DNA of 56,897 bases, counting the filler, from Circinaria calcarea (taxonomy: Eukaryota): the NCBI GenBank assembly GCA_051942165.1. It is 3 parts of 3 records of this genome, joined end to end, with 100 filler letters (N's around TTAATTAATTAA, not from the genome) between each part and the next. Parts side by side here need not be neighbours in the genome. Positions count along the whole stretch, not along the records: positions 1 to 19,004 come from JAVECS010000220.1; 2 more parts are not named here. The stretch is one strand, 5' to 3'. This document shows, one piece after another, positions 1 through 11,298 of this stretch. The notes below the pieces were generated by a model. That model was not told where the DNA came from. It ran no database searches and was given only the letters and a program-made list of their open reading frames with translations. The first letter of the stretch is position 1. Every line of letters begins with the position of its first letter. The translations under genes were made by a program, and so were the position numbers.

Positions 1-317
1 GGCTAAGGTCTTGGAAAGATTACGGCTAAAGGCAAAGACTTATGGCACAGACCCGAGTGCGGGCATATCTGGACAGGAAAAGATCAACGTTGAAGCAGTC
101 GTAGCTATGTACAAAGTAAGTAAGCGCCTCCAATTATACCAAACTTGAGTCTGATATAGAAAGGAAACTGTCATACCTTTGACAAAGGTTGTGGAAGTAG
201 AATACCTGATGCAGCGCCTAGAGGGAACCCATTGGAAGCAGTAATGTGTATTCTTTACTGTTAAATGGAGGGAGGTACGTGCTCTAGAGAGCCAAAGTGA
301 CGGTGCTCCTAGCCTGA

Positions 318-1281
318 TCAGGATGGCCGCAGAAAGTGCTCCAAGGCCTTAACTGCCGATTCAAACTTCGATGCTTCTAGTAGCATCATATGACCCTGCG
401 GTTTTATTCCCAGCTCCTGGAACGTCCTTTTTGCGTCCGCCTGACCATCGCTTTCCTCCTTCAGGTACGAAAAACCCCCGTACATGGTTGCATGGCGTTG
501 GCAAACCTCGTCTTCCGGATGAAAGTAGAATATTTCTTTGTCCTCCTCCTTGGCAGCATTCATTTTCTTCTTCTTCTGTGGTCTACTCTTCTCTTGATCC
601 AAGGCCGATGTTATTTCCCGGTAGGTCTTTGAGAGAATCAGATAGTGAGAGAAGGTATAAGGCTCCTTCTCCTCAATTGCCCAGGATATCTCCTCTAACA
701 ACATCTTGTACATAGGTGGCACAACCTCCGACGGAATATTTATCAGCCTTTCGGTGAGAATAAGACCTACTTGGGCCTGGTTGAACGGTTTGAGAAGATC
801 TGCTATTGGCGATAATGAAGGATTTGTCATTGCTTGTTGCGCTATGTAGTCCGTCAAGGTCTTGATGACTGGCTTATCCTGTAGTCGGGTCAACTCAGGC
901 ATCTAACAGAGGTTAAGACTAATATACCCTATGCTCGTGAAGATTCAAGATTGTCAAAAAGGCATAAGGGTCCGTTTCGTTCCCCTCCACTTTAACAGTG
1001 GAGCCAAGTAATGGCTGGGCAAGTACCAGGTCTGTCAAAGCGCTAAGATCGAATAGTTGAGCGTCGACGTCGAATAACTGCCGCAACAACGTCTTCAGGC
1101 CGTGAAAATCATGTTCCGGCTGTGGATCGAACCACTCGAATTCCACGTCCAACATATCGGTGTCCTATCCCCACCTTAGCGGGAAAGCAGTATGTGATCT
1201 CTTGCTTCGCACCTCATCACTACTACTACTCTCGTCCGGAAATTGCTTCTCAGCCACCTGAGGCTCTTTGCGCTTCACCAT
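318..1281 (-). CDS. BCP1: BCP1/BCCIP-family protein (60S export, Rpl23 chaperone, Mss4 nuclear export); 3 exons
   Basis: ATG at 1281 (MVKRKEPQ...DESSSSDE); introns 1212-1165 and 927-880 join in frame; motifs [51 protein letters not shown] and FHPEDE. Confidence 0.93.
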
Positions 1282-1662
1282 GGTGCTCAACTTCAGTGTC
1301 GGTATAAAGTCGAGGGTTTGGGCGAACCGACAAGTGTCACTTTATAAAATTTCCATTGGTAGGGTTAGCGATGTCGCGGCTCAGCGGCTAGAAAGTGCGG
1401 ACGATTCTCTTATCGATAAGTGAATTTCTCGCTTATGGTACCGGGCCTATCAGATTTGGCGAGGTAATATACGGCTTTGAACCCTCTAGCCTAGCAAAAG
1501 AAATTGGGGAGCGCATTGTACACCTTAGGTATCTTCATTCTACCTCATGAGCAGCAGCATTTAATTCTCCAGCTTTCCTTACTACTGTTGTTATTTCCTG
1601 TTCTCGCCCTGGTCTTTGGGCACTTGAAAAGCATTTTTCGAATCCACTCCTTAACTACCAAA

Positions 1663-3487
1663 ATGGCTAGTAATAATGGCATACCCATAGACGAGCCACA
1701 CAAGACCTTTTCGACAATCCTGGTTCTCGATTTCGGTAGTCAATACTCACATTTAATCTGCAGACGTCTCCGGGACCTCAATATCTTCAGTGTCATGCTG
1801 GCGTGCACAGCTAAGCTTTCTGAACTTGATTGGACTCCTGTAGGCGTTATTCTTTCCGGGGGACCCTACTCGGTTTACGAAGACGGGGCGCCGCACGTAG
1901 AGGAAGATTTGTATAAGCTAGGCGTTCCAATTCTCGGCATTTGTAAGGATCCCGTTTGAACGCTTGGTCAGCTACTTATGTTTGATGAATATTGATATGT
2001 TTATGAAAAGGTTACGGCCTTCAAGAAATAGCCTGGCGACACGGCCGAAATGTGCTTGCCGGTCAACATCGGGAGTATGGACATGCAAGATTGAGGATAC
2101 GGAGAAACGAAGGCAAGGCCCCTCATATTGACAAGCTTTTTGAGGGGCTTGGAGACGACCTTGAAGTTTGGATGAGGTATTTGAATCCTTTCTACGATCT
2201 TCCATATCGAGTCACGTATTTTCAACTAAAACAGGTTCTAGCCACGGTGACAAGCTTTCTCATCTACCCGCTTCCTTTACAGTGATCGCAGAGACCGATA
2301 ACTCGCCATTTGCTGCCATTGTCCACGAGGAAAAGCCTTATTATGGCATCCAATGGCATGCCGAAGTCACGCATTCAAACCTAGGATCCAAGCTCTTCGA
2401 AAACTTTGCCGTACGTATTTGTCACGCCCGCCAGGATTGGACAATGAGCGCGTTTGGCGACCAAGAAATCAACCGTATTCGTGCTCTTGTGGAGCCGAAA
2501 GGTCAAGTCATTGGTGCAGTCAGTGGGGGCGTCGATTCCACTGTCGCGGCCAAACTTATGCACTCTGCTATCGGCAGTCGTTTTCACGCCGTTCTAGTCA
2601 ACAACGGTCTCCTCCGCCTCAATGAAGCCGAAACGGTCCACGAGACTCTCACCGCCCATCTCGGTATTAATCTTACCGTAGTGGACGCCAGTAACCGCTT
2701 CCTCACAGATCTAAAGGGCGTCACGGATCCCGAGCAAAAGCGTAAAATCATAGGGAAGAACTTCATCGACGTCTTCCAAGAGACCGCAAAATCCATTGCT
2801 GCAGAAGCCGAAGGTTCTGAATCAGCCGGTCCTATAGAGTGGTTACTTCAAGGTACACTTTACCCCGACGTCATCGAAAGTATCTCCTTCCGAGGGCCGA
2901 GTGCCACAATAAAGACTCACCATAACGTGGGTGGTCTCCCTGCGGCCATGCATCTCAAGCTCATCGAGCCTCTCCGTGAGCTATTTAAAGACGAAGTGCG
3001 CGTACTCGGAGAGCAACTTGGGATCCCGTCCGACCTTGTCTGGCGGCATCCTTTTCCCGGTCCCGGTCTCGCAATACGGATCCTCGGCGAAGTCACACCC
3101 TCGCAACTTGCTATCGTCCGTCAAGCAGACCACATCTTTATCGACGAGATCCGGAAAGCAGGACTGTATCGGAAGATAAGTCAGGCATTCGCAGCCCTAT
3201 TACCTCTTAAAGCCGTAGGGGTGATGGGAGACAAGAGGGTGCATGATCAGATAATTGCATTAAGGGCGGTGGAGACGACGGATTTTATGACAGCGACCTC
3301 GTGTGATCTGGGTCAGGAGTTCAGGCAAAGGGTGAGCACGAGGATCGTAAATGAGGTGGAGGGGGTTTGCAGGGTGTTTGAAGATAGTAAGTCTCCTTTG
3401 GATGGATGAATGTGAGTAGTTCGGATGAATAGGCTGACCTAGTGAATAGTTACGAGTAAACCTCCCGGCACGATTGAACTAGAGTGA
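1663..3487 (+). CDS. GUA1: GMP synthase (glutamine-hydrolysing); 4 exons
   Basis: Motifs [25 protein letters not shown] (catalytic Cys split by intron ~1943-2010), [34 protein letters not shown]. Last exon after intron ~3388-3449 reads [15 protein letters not shown]. Confidence 0.97.
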
Positions 3488-4416
3488 GAGACTTGTCCCT
3501 GAAGATATCGATGTGTAACCTTGCTCGTTTTGCATACACTCGGCGTTCTTGAGGCGATTCGGAAAACGATCGGTTTCCCACAGGCACGCAGAAGACACTA
3601 GACCATAGATTATAGAGATACCCATGACCTTTGCGCAGTAACTTGATGCATTTGTCCAATGGCTCAGCTAAGCTCCGTCATATCACCACTATCGCATGTT
3701 TGATGTGCCAGGTTATGCTATGCTCTATCTACCAGTCACTTTGTTAGGATACATGGACTCAATCTAAGTACCCTGAAAAGCCCCTTCCGCGAGATCTTTC
3801 CGTCCGGATGTCCCCCTTGATAGAAGTCTATTAAAGTCATGGACCGCTCATCACCTCTCCTCTAACTCCCTTTATCAGCACTCAGTGGCCCTCCCCTGAC
3901 CCAAGTGCTGAAGTTGAGCATGGGGTAAGTGGCCCTGGACTTGTCGGTATAGTTCAACCAGTTTTTTTTGAGGAGATCGAAAAATATGCATGAACAGGAA
4001 CTCCGTATGCAATATGTACCTCGCATTGGATTGTTAAGTAGAAAAACCGACCAGTGTTGGGGGAGGGAAAGCCACACCGATTGCAACAGTACTCGAACCT
4101 TAACGGGCCGAGATATGCATCAGAAGGAGCACTGCGTAGGATTTCTGTGTGGGATTGGAAATATGGCGTTCGGGAGCCTTGCTTTTACCCTCGTTTCAGG
4201 GCATTGGTGCATGCTATCAACATGAAAGGCTCCGGATCTCTTGATCCATTCTCATCTAGAGCAGCGTCCAGACCGCTACTTCGTTCTGTCAGCCCCGTCT
4301 GGATTCTTCGAATGCTGGGTAGTCTAGAGACATGTTCTTTAAATCTGTATATCACGTTCCTAGGATCAGCATGACTTCTTGTGTATTTTATACAACGCGG
4401 GCGACTAACAAATCAG

Positions 4417-6318
4417 TTACCAAGCGCCCTCAGAATGTGGATTCCATATTGGAGCTGTTGTTGCATATGGGAGCTGTTGTTGCATACATAGCCTTTGGCA
4501 CATGTCATCTCCCAAACTACTCCAGCCTTTCTCATACGCCAAGTCTATGGCAGATTTAGCACCAGGTATCCGTATATCGGTCACGCTCACGCTTGCGCCC
4601 TGGTTAACGAGAAACCGGCTAAGTTCCTCGTTACCGCTTTCAATGGCGGCATGGAGTGGAGTTGGTGCCGTTGACATGTCGTAAGGTATTACTGGATTGA
4701 CTTCGGCACTCAAGTCCACCAAGCACTCCACAGTAGAGAGGTGTCCTCCTCTCGCCGCAACCCCAAGAATAGTTTGACCGCAGACATCTCGATTATTAAT
4801 GTCAGCTCCCGCTTCAATAAGCGCTCGGCAAGCGTCTGCCCTGCCATTGCCAGCAGCTAAAAAGAGAGCTGTGCGAGAATAACAGTCACGGATATCGATG
4901 GCGGTCCCCGCTTGGATTCCCGCTTGGATGCAACGATTCAACTCACTGAGTAAGCCCCGCTTTGCGGCAATATGTAAGGCACGCTGGTCGATAATGTCTG
5001 ATGCAAGCAGGTCGTTGTTAGGATTTGAGAAGACTGCAGCAACAACATCTGAGTTCGGATGGAGGGCGGCGCGCTGGACAGGCGGTAAGGCTAAATTCGG
5101 TGGTACGCCACCCAGCCCATGCCTTCCCTCCCATAATATGCCAAGGGTGCGAGAGACCTCGTCGGACGTCTCCACTAGCGACTGCGCTAGCATATGACCA
5201 GGGCTTTGATGGAACATTGCCACAGTAGCGAGAAGATGCTGTGCCTCGAATCTTTGGTTACTTTTTTGGAAGAAAACGGCCATTTTCAGCAGAGCCTGTC
5301 GCTTGCGACCGTCACCACATAATTGAGGGTGCCTCACCCAAGCGCAAAGGAGTCGTAGATATATAGACTGGGCGTAAGTCTGTGCTCTCGAGTCGGCGTG
5401 GACACCTAATTCCACTATGTAGATAAACAAGTGGTGCAGGTCTTCTTTGACCTGAGTGCAGAAGTGGAATAACTCGCTATATGGATGCTGGTTGGTATAG
5501 CCATGGGTTTGAGATGAATCGAGTTGTGCTATGTAGATGTCCAGGATGACCACCAGTTGGTTGAATTGATCTTGTCTAGCAAGTCATAAGTATAGCGGGA
5601 GTATATCATATATACGTCTTACTTGTCTCCAGCCTTCTTCTCAAGCTCCTTATCAGATAATTCCCAGATTTCGTGTATACTTTCATATTGTACCGGCCCT
5701 CTTGGGTGTATTGCCGGGTCGAGACCCTGGCTGACTGTTGGCAATGCTGGGGCAATCGATGCGATGGTTGACACTGGTGCTGGATGCCGCGCATGGTGTT
5801 GGCGACTGTGGTCTCCGGCAGCACTGACACTGCTGTTCGTCGACTGCACGGCAGGGTCATTGTTCTTGATGTAGTTCGGACTGCAGCTCTTCCCATGTTT
5901 AATACAGTAATCGCATTGCTGACGGATCCCCTCCCAGTCTCTGTCTTCGGGCTCGCACTGTGTTGAGCATCACATCAGAGCTCGGTCGAAATGCGGGGCG
6001 CGGCCAATCCTAGTCCCGCTCGCGGCCACCTACCTTGATCTTCTTTTCTCGGCAAGCACTGCACTTAGTCATGGATCGCGTCTTTTTCCTCAATGCATTC
6101 TCTCCATTGTTGTTCATGTCAACCTCGTCGTCCATATCAACCTTCCAACGAGCAGTCATAAAGCTCAGAGCGGAAGGAATGAGCTGGGACAGAGTATTTA
6201 TGTTAGCATCACTCTTCGATTCTCTGCGAGGTGTGCCATCACCGCCTCGAAAGGGCTTAACTATGCGAAGAACACGGACACTCGCCTTGTGAGCGAGGTA
6301 TGCCTCGAGTGCGTCCAT
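4417..6318 (-). CDS. Zn(II)2Cys6 binuclear-cluster protein fused to C-terminal ankyrin repeats (~590 aa; start codon uncertain)
   Basis: Splicing intron 6033-5958 gives CSACREKKIK|CEPEDRDWEGIRQQCDYCIKHGKSC (CX2CX6CX13CX2CX6C). Intron 5622-5576 joins in frame to ORF 4417-5553, which has ANK repeats (ALHIAAKRG, TALFLAAGNG, TILGVAARGGH, TPLHAAIESGN). Confidence 0.85.
4445..4486. repeat. 19-bp tandem duplication inside the 3' end of the Zn-cluster-ANK gene
   Basis: catattggagctgttgttg (4445-4463), catatgggagctgttgttg (4464-4482), then cata. Confidence 0.85.
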
Positions 6319-6871
6319 TAGAGGATTATGTGCACTGCCCACCTCATTACTCAATCCACTACTCTACGTGACTCGGTAGATTCATTCAATACGCTCGACA
6401 AGGAAGCCATTCAATATTCTTGACATGGAAGCCATTGAAGTATATCAATATGTTCGGAGCTCGAGAATCCGATGATTTCTAAGTTGAAATGTTTCGAACT
6501 TCACCTTCGCATCTTTCCGCTGAACTTCTCGCTTTCGCCTCCTATTTTCGGCTCGCATACATCCCTCTACCTTCGCTTCGCATCTCTACTGTTCTCGCTT
6601 CGCATAGAATGCTCTTACATGGTCAATGATTGGCTCCTTCCCTTGCTTCGCTTGTGTCGCTTTGGGCGATCCTCAATGTAAGGATAGCGCCGCTACAAAT
6701 CACTTGCTTCACCAAAGGCTTTACTGTTGTTTCGACCTTGTTGTGACACTCCCCATTATGTCTCTAATGGTCGCAGGCTTTATGGCGTATTACCTTGACG
6801 TTGCGTTTGCTATATATATTGCCTCCCACCCTGAATGAACTTCTGAGAACCTTGCTTGATTTCTTTGAAAA
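6319..6871. promoter_or_regulatory. Putative bidirectional promoter between the Zn-cluster-ANK gene and the NLR, with a TCGC/GCGA motif cluster
   Basis: Starts diverge ~550 bp apart; about ten TCGC tetramers in 6506-6660, including near-duplicated ttctcgctt(t)cgc at 6526 and 6592. Confidence 0.5.
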
Positions 6872-9800
6872 ATGGCAATCCACCTGGTCGAAATCTGTGA
6901 GAATGCTGAAGCTGCTGTTGAGTATGGTACCTGTTTTGCTACACTCTCAACTACTTATGTGATCGGTAGCATTGTTTACGTGCACGGTCTTGGCAGTCCC
7001 AATCACTGGGACTTGGAAAGATCTGCGCGGACAGCTGATTACGATGTTTGGGACTGCGGATTGTATAGCAGAGCAATATTAGACCAAAAGCCCAAAGCCC
7101 GCCGTTTCGTTTGGGGATACGCATCACAAAACACGCAATCATTCTCCGCAAATGCCTTCGAAGACGCTGCTGTGGATCTACTATCAGGGCTGGAGAAACT
7201 CGCTTCGAACGTGAGAACAGACCAATAAAGTGGTTCCGGTATGCAAGTGACTAAATAGCCCAAGGTCGCGCGACCGCTTGTACTCGTCGGCCATAGCTTT
7301 GGTGGGTTGATCCTAAAGAAGGTAAGAAAGCTCCTTTGCGGCTCTGATAATACTAAATGTCGAAAGGCCTTAGTGCTAGCAAGTTTACAAAGCAACTCAT
7401 CTTCAATCGCCCAACGAATTCTTGGAATTGTCTGACCACCCTAAATTGATGACTATAGCGCATCATTCTACTAACTCTTTGCGCAGATATTCCTTGGAAC
7501 TCCCCATGCTGGCCACGCAAAGGGTTGGTCCGATAAGGTTGGTAGTAAACTGCATCTGTGGCCAGATGGATATCCGTCAGAGTTCTTTCAGATATTTGCC
7601 GACATCTCGAACGCTTTTCAAGGGGTATCATCCCTATACAAAATCGTGTATCTCTGTCAACAAGATTGGCAAGACTGTGATGGGGCTATTGTACGTGTGA
7701 AACTGAATCCAGTTATGTTATAATCTCTTTCTTACAGCTTGACCAGCACCTCCACGATAACTGTCTCTGGTCAATCATTTCGCAAGAGTACAAGTTCCGG
7801 GCGAAGGAAAATCACTACGTTCTCCCAACGTCCTACGCCAAGTCCACGTTGAATGCCAGCGTGGAACACTTCATAGTACTTATTACCACAGGTAAGATAT
7901 GCCATTGGCCGTCCGGGTGATATCGGGATTCTAACTCTCAACGCAGCAGCGTTGAGAGAACAAGAAAATCCCAAGTTATGTCTTGAAAGGGAGCAGGCAT
8001 CTATGCAAGTGTATAGAAGTCTACGGGAGAATCAGACTTGCACCTGGCTCTTTGCGCGTACTGACTATCAAGTATGGCTTAGTGTAGGTGGTCCAGCTTG
8101 CTATTGGATTCATGGAGTGGTGGGAGCAGGGAAGTCCATACTCTGCTCGGCAATAGTTGAAGACCTCGAAAAACGTGAACGGCAGAGCAATAAGGTAGTC
8201 AGCTACTTTTACTGCGGAAAAGCCGGGGGACTAGACTGCACACTTGATTTCCTGAAAACTTTGGCCTATCAGCTCATTGAACACAAAACGCACACAATTC
8301 CTAATATCACCTTATCTTCAATTCTGGCCGAGATTGACACGAACGACCATCCAATCTCTAAGATAGCCTTCAAGTGCTATCTTAGGAAGGTTCTTATGGG
8401 CGCTGATATAGGGACCACATTTATACTCGTGGTGGACGGTTTGGACAACGAGGAATGGATTAAAGATATCCTTATTGGTGAAATCGTTCAGGCTAATGTT
8501 TGGAGGGCTAATCCACATCACATTAAATGTTGTGTCTCTAGCCGTTTCTCTTATAATACCGCTTTGCATCCCGACCAGGTCATTAAAATTAGTATGAGCA
8601 ACAACCCCGGTGTCCACAGCGATATATTCCATTTCGCTGCAAGGAAGCTTTCTGCTTTACCTCAAGCGTCTCTCGAGTCATGTTTATCTCCAAGTCATAT
8701 TGCTCAGCAGCTATGCGAGCGTGCCAATGGAGTGTTCCTGTGGCTAGCTTTGGTGATCGAGGACTTACAACGCGTGGACTCCTTTTCTGAAATACAGAAA
8801 ATAGTGGAACTACTACCCTCTACTGTTGAGGGTCTTTATGAAAGGGTTTTGGGTTCTTTGCCACCCGGGGATGCATTAACAGCGCAAAGGATCCTGTCGT
8901 GGGTTGCATCTGCATACCGACCGCTAAAAACATCGGAACTCATTGAAGCTTTATCGGCCGAAAACCAAGACTTTCTGGCAGTTGCACAAACTGTCCCAGT
9001 CGCAAAGAAGCCTTTACCAGCCGACTTCGGGAATGAGGTTCTTCGTGTATGTGGTTTACTTATCTGTATTACACCAGAAGGAACCCTTCAGTTTAGGCAC
9101 CACAGTATTCGAAGCTACCTCCTGAATGTCAATGGGCTGAACACGTTAAAAGGACGCACGTATGAGCCGCATGTTCTACTTGCGAGAACGTGTCTCAGCT
9201 TGTTGAGCTCCAGAAATGAAGGCAATTCATTCTTACTCAATTCACATTCTCGCCAACTCTCGGGTGACGAACACACTTCAACTTTGGTCGATTATGCAGC
9301 CACCTACTGGTCGGTCCATTTCCGTCTGGCAGAACCTCATACACAATCTCTCAATGGTATGCTACAGCGCTTCCTTGAAGTCGCCCTAAGACGCGGTTGC
9401 GAGAAGCTTCTATTGCCTCGAACACAGCTATCCATCAGGATCAGGCAGAACGTTTTGCGTTACTGCGCTTACTTTGGTTTCAAGTCTCTTGTCCAGATGT
9501 ACCTTGAGATGGGTGTCGATCCTAATTGCAAGGCTTGTGATTATTGTGAGACGCCGTTACACCTAGCAGTGGCCCGCGGTCATCCGGAAACGGTGGCTCT
9601 ACTACTTGATAAAGGAGCTTCTGTCTATTCACGAACATATTTTGGTGGGGAAACGTCTCTCCATTATGCATGTGCTCGCGGACGTTCTGGGATAGTTAGA
9701 CTGCTGTTGGAGCAAGGCGCCGACGTTAATGCGCTTACTTACAAAATCGGCAAAACACCACTGCATATTGCCACTGCTCATGGTCATCTTGAGATCATGA

Positions 9801-10603
9801 AGTTATTGATTACACATAACGCAGACATGAATGCGGTAATCAAAACAACGAACGAGACACCCTTGCATCTAGCCGCAGCCAATGGTCAACTGCAAGCAGT
9901 GATATACTTGCTTGACGGTCGCAATGCTTCTTTAACAGAGATGGAGCTCTATACTTCTATCGTGCAGCAGCCATATTATCGATCGTGGTCAGAGAGTTTG
10001 CTTATGGATCTCGGTATAAATGGACGTTTTGTCTGGGAAGCGGAAGCAAGGCTTTCCGCGGAGGAAGATATTAAAAACCTAATGACATGGTCAAGGCGAT
10101 ACGCTGACATCAATATGTGTACCTATGATGGTCAGACAGCACTCCACCACGCGGCAATGAACGGGCATGAAGCGGTTGTACGAATTCTGCTGCAAAGCGG
10201 AGCGGATCTGAACACAGAAAGGGATAGCCAGTTCACCGCACTCCAAGTGGCCGCAGAACATGGACATTTAGAAGTAGTAAAGTTACTTTTACGGAGCGGC
10301 GTTAATATCGATGCGGGAACCAAGAGTTGGGGATTATTACTCGAGCGAGTGGCAGATAATGGACATCAATCAATCGCAGACCTACTCATGTGGCAAGCTT
10401 TCAGCTCAGAAATTGTGGGTGCGGCTTCCAAGTGGCAAATACTCCGTCTTGCAACGAAGAGCGAACAGAATGTGGTCCAGAATGCACTACACAGGCAGCG
10501 CAGAGTGGGTCAAAAAGGAAACGATTCAATCAAGAAGCGGACATCAGACTTACGTGACAAAAGGATTGCTTCAGAACTTCCCCTGCGTTGTCGTACTAGT
10601 TGA
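6872..10603 (+). CDS. Fungal NLR-like STAND protein: SesB-like alpha/beta-hydrolase + NACHT + ankyrin repeats (~1140 aa, 7 exons)
   Basis: Introns 6922-6969, 7211-7258, 7322-7366, 7430-7486, 7691-7737 and 7892-7946 all keep frame. They yield VDIVYVHGL, RPLVLVGHSFGGLILKK|AL and IFLGTPH (SesB/DUF676-type hydrolase). NACHT motifs: WIHGVVGAGKS (Walker A), ILVVDGLD (Walker B), ANGVFLW, RPLKTSEL. ANK repeats: TPLHLAVARGH, TSLHYACARG, TPLHIATAHGH, TPLHLAAANG, TALHHAAMNGH, TALQVAAEHGH. Confidence 0.92.
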
Positions 10604-10650
10604 TTTTACTTTGCTCTGTTTCCCAGCGTAGGTTATGCTGATATAGAAGT

Positions 10651-10758
10651 TGTGTCGGAGTTTTCTCATAGCTAATATAGTTACTCTGTTTCGGGGCTTT
10701 CTCATAACTAAGATTGTTACTTTGTTTCGGGGCTTTCTCATAGCTAATATTATTACTC
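10651..10758. repeat. Minisatellite: 3 x 36-bp tandem repeat just downstream of the NLR stop
   Basis: tgtgtcggagttttctcatagctaatatagttactc / tgtttcggggctttctcataactaagattgttactt / tgtttcggggctttctcatagctaatattattactc. Confidence 0.9.
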
Positions 10759-11298
10759 TAAATATCGTTCTCGATTGTCACGGGAGTGCATGCATCATGA
10801 AAAATAATGATAGAATTGCTTGATTCTATTGCCCGAAGGCAGGTTTTAAGGCCCAGAGGCCTTGGTTAGCTAGCTAACCCGCTCCTTCCTTTCCCCTAAT
10901 ATCAATTAATGTGCAATAAGCCGCATATAATAAGATTTCCCCAATGTATCGCCTCCTATAGGTCCTAGATAAGCGTGCGGAGGTAGCCTATAGCGAAGCG
11001 AGCAGACAGTGGCAGGAAGTTGGGTATCATTGAGAAACCAACTTCCGAATAAGCGGAAAAGATGGTGTTTGAATGGGGCAGGAGAGTCATGGAGAGCCGG
11101 TTCGCATTCGACCATGATCGTACATTATGCGGGATTAGTCGAACCACTGGAGGAAAGTATATGCCGATTAGAACGTCGTTCTTCTATGGAGCTTTGTGCA
11201 CTCGTCAAACACACTTGGAATTCTGCCCCATAAACCACTCATTCAACTCTTTCCAGGAAACCCCTCAGATCCTTCTTGCTTACCCCTATCACCCCGTT

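Noticed and set aside
3874..3969. 8-bp stem (tcagcact/agtgctga) followed by a T-run as a Pol III ncRNA
   Set aside because: No tRNA cloverleaf, no convincing A/B boxes and no recognisable snRNA motif.
6872..7210. Amyloid signalling motif (HET-s, sigma or PP type) at the NLR N-terminus or in neighbouring genes
   Set aside because: The N-terminus goes directly into the hydrolase fold, and I saw no G/N/Q-rich pseudo-repeat motif in the adjacent genes.
10651..10758. 36-bp repeats as a CRISPR array
   Set aside because: The repeats are contiguous with no spacers, the context is eukaryotic, and there are no cas genes.
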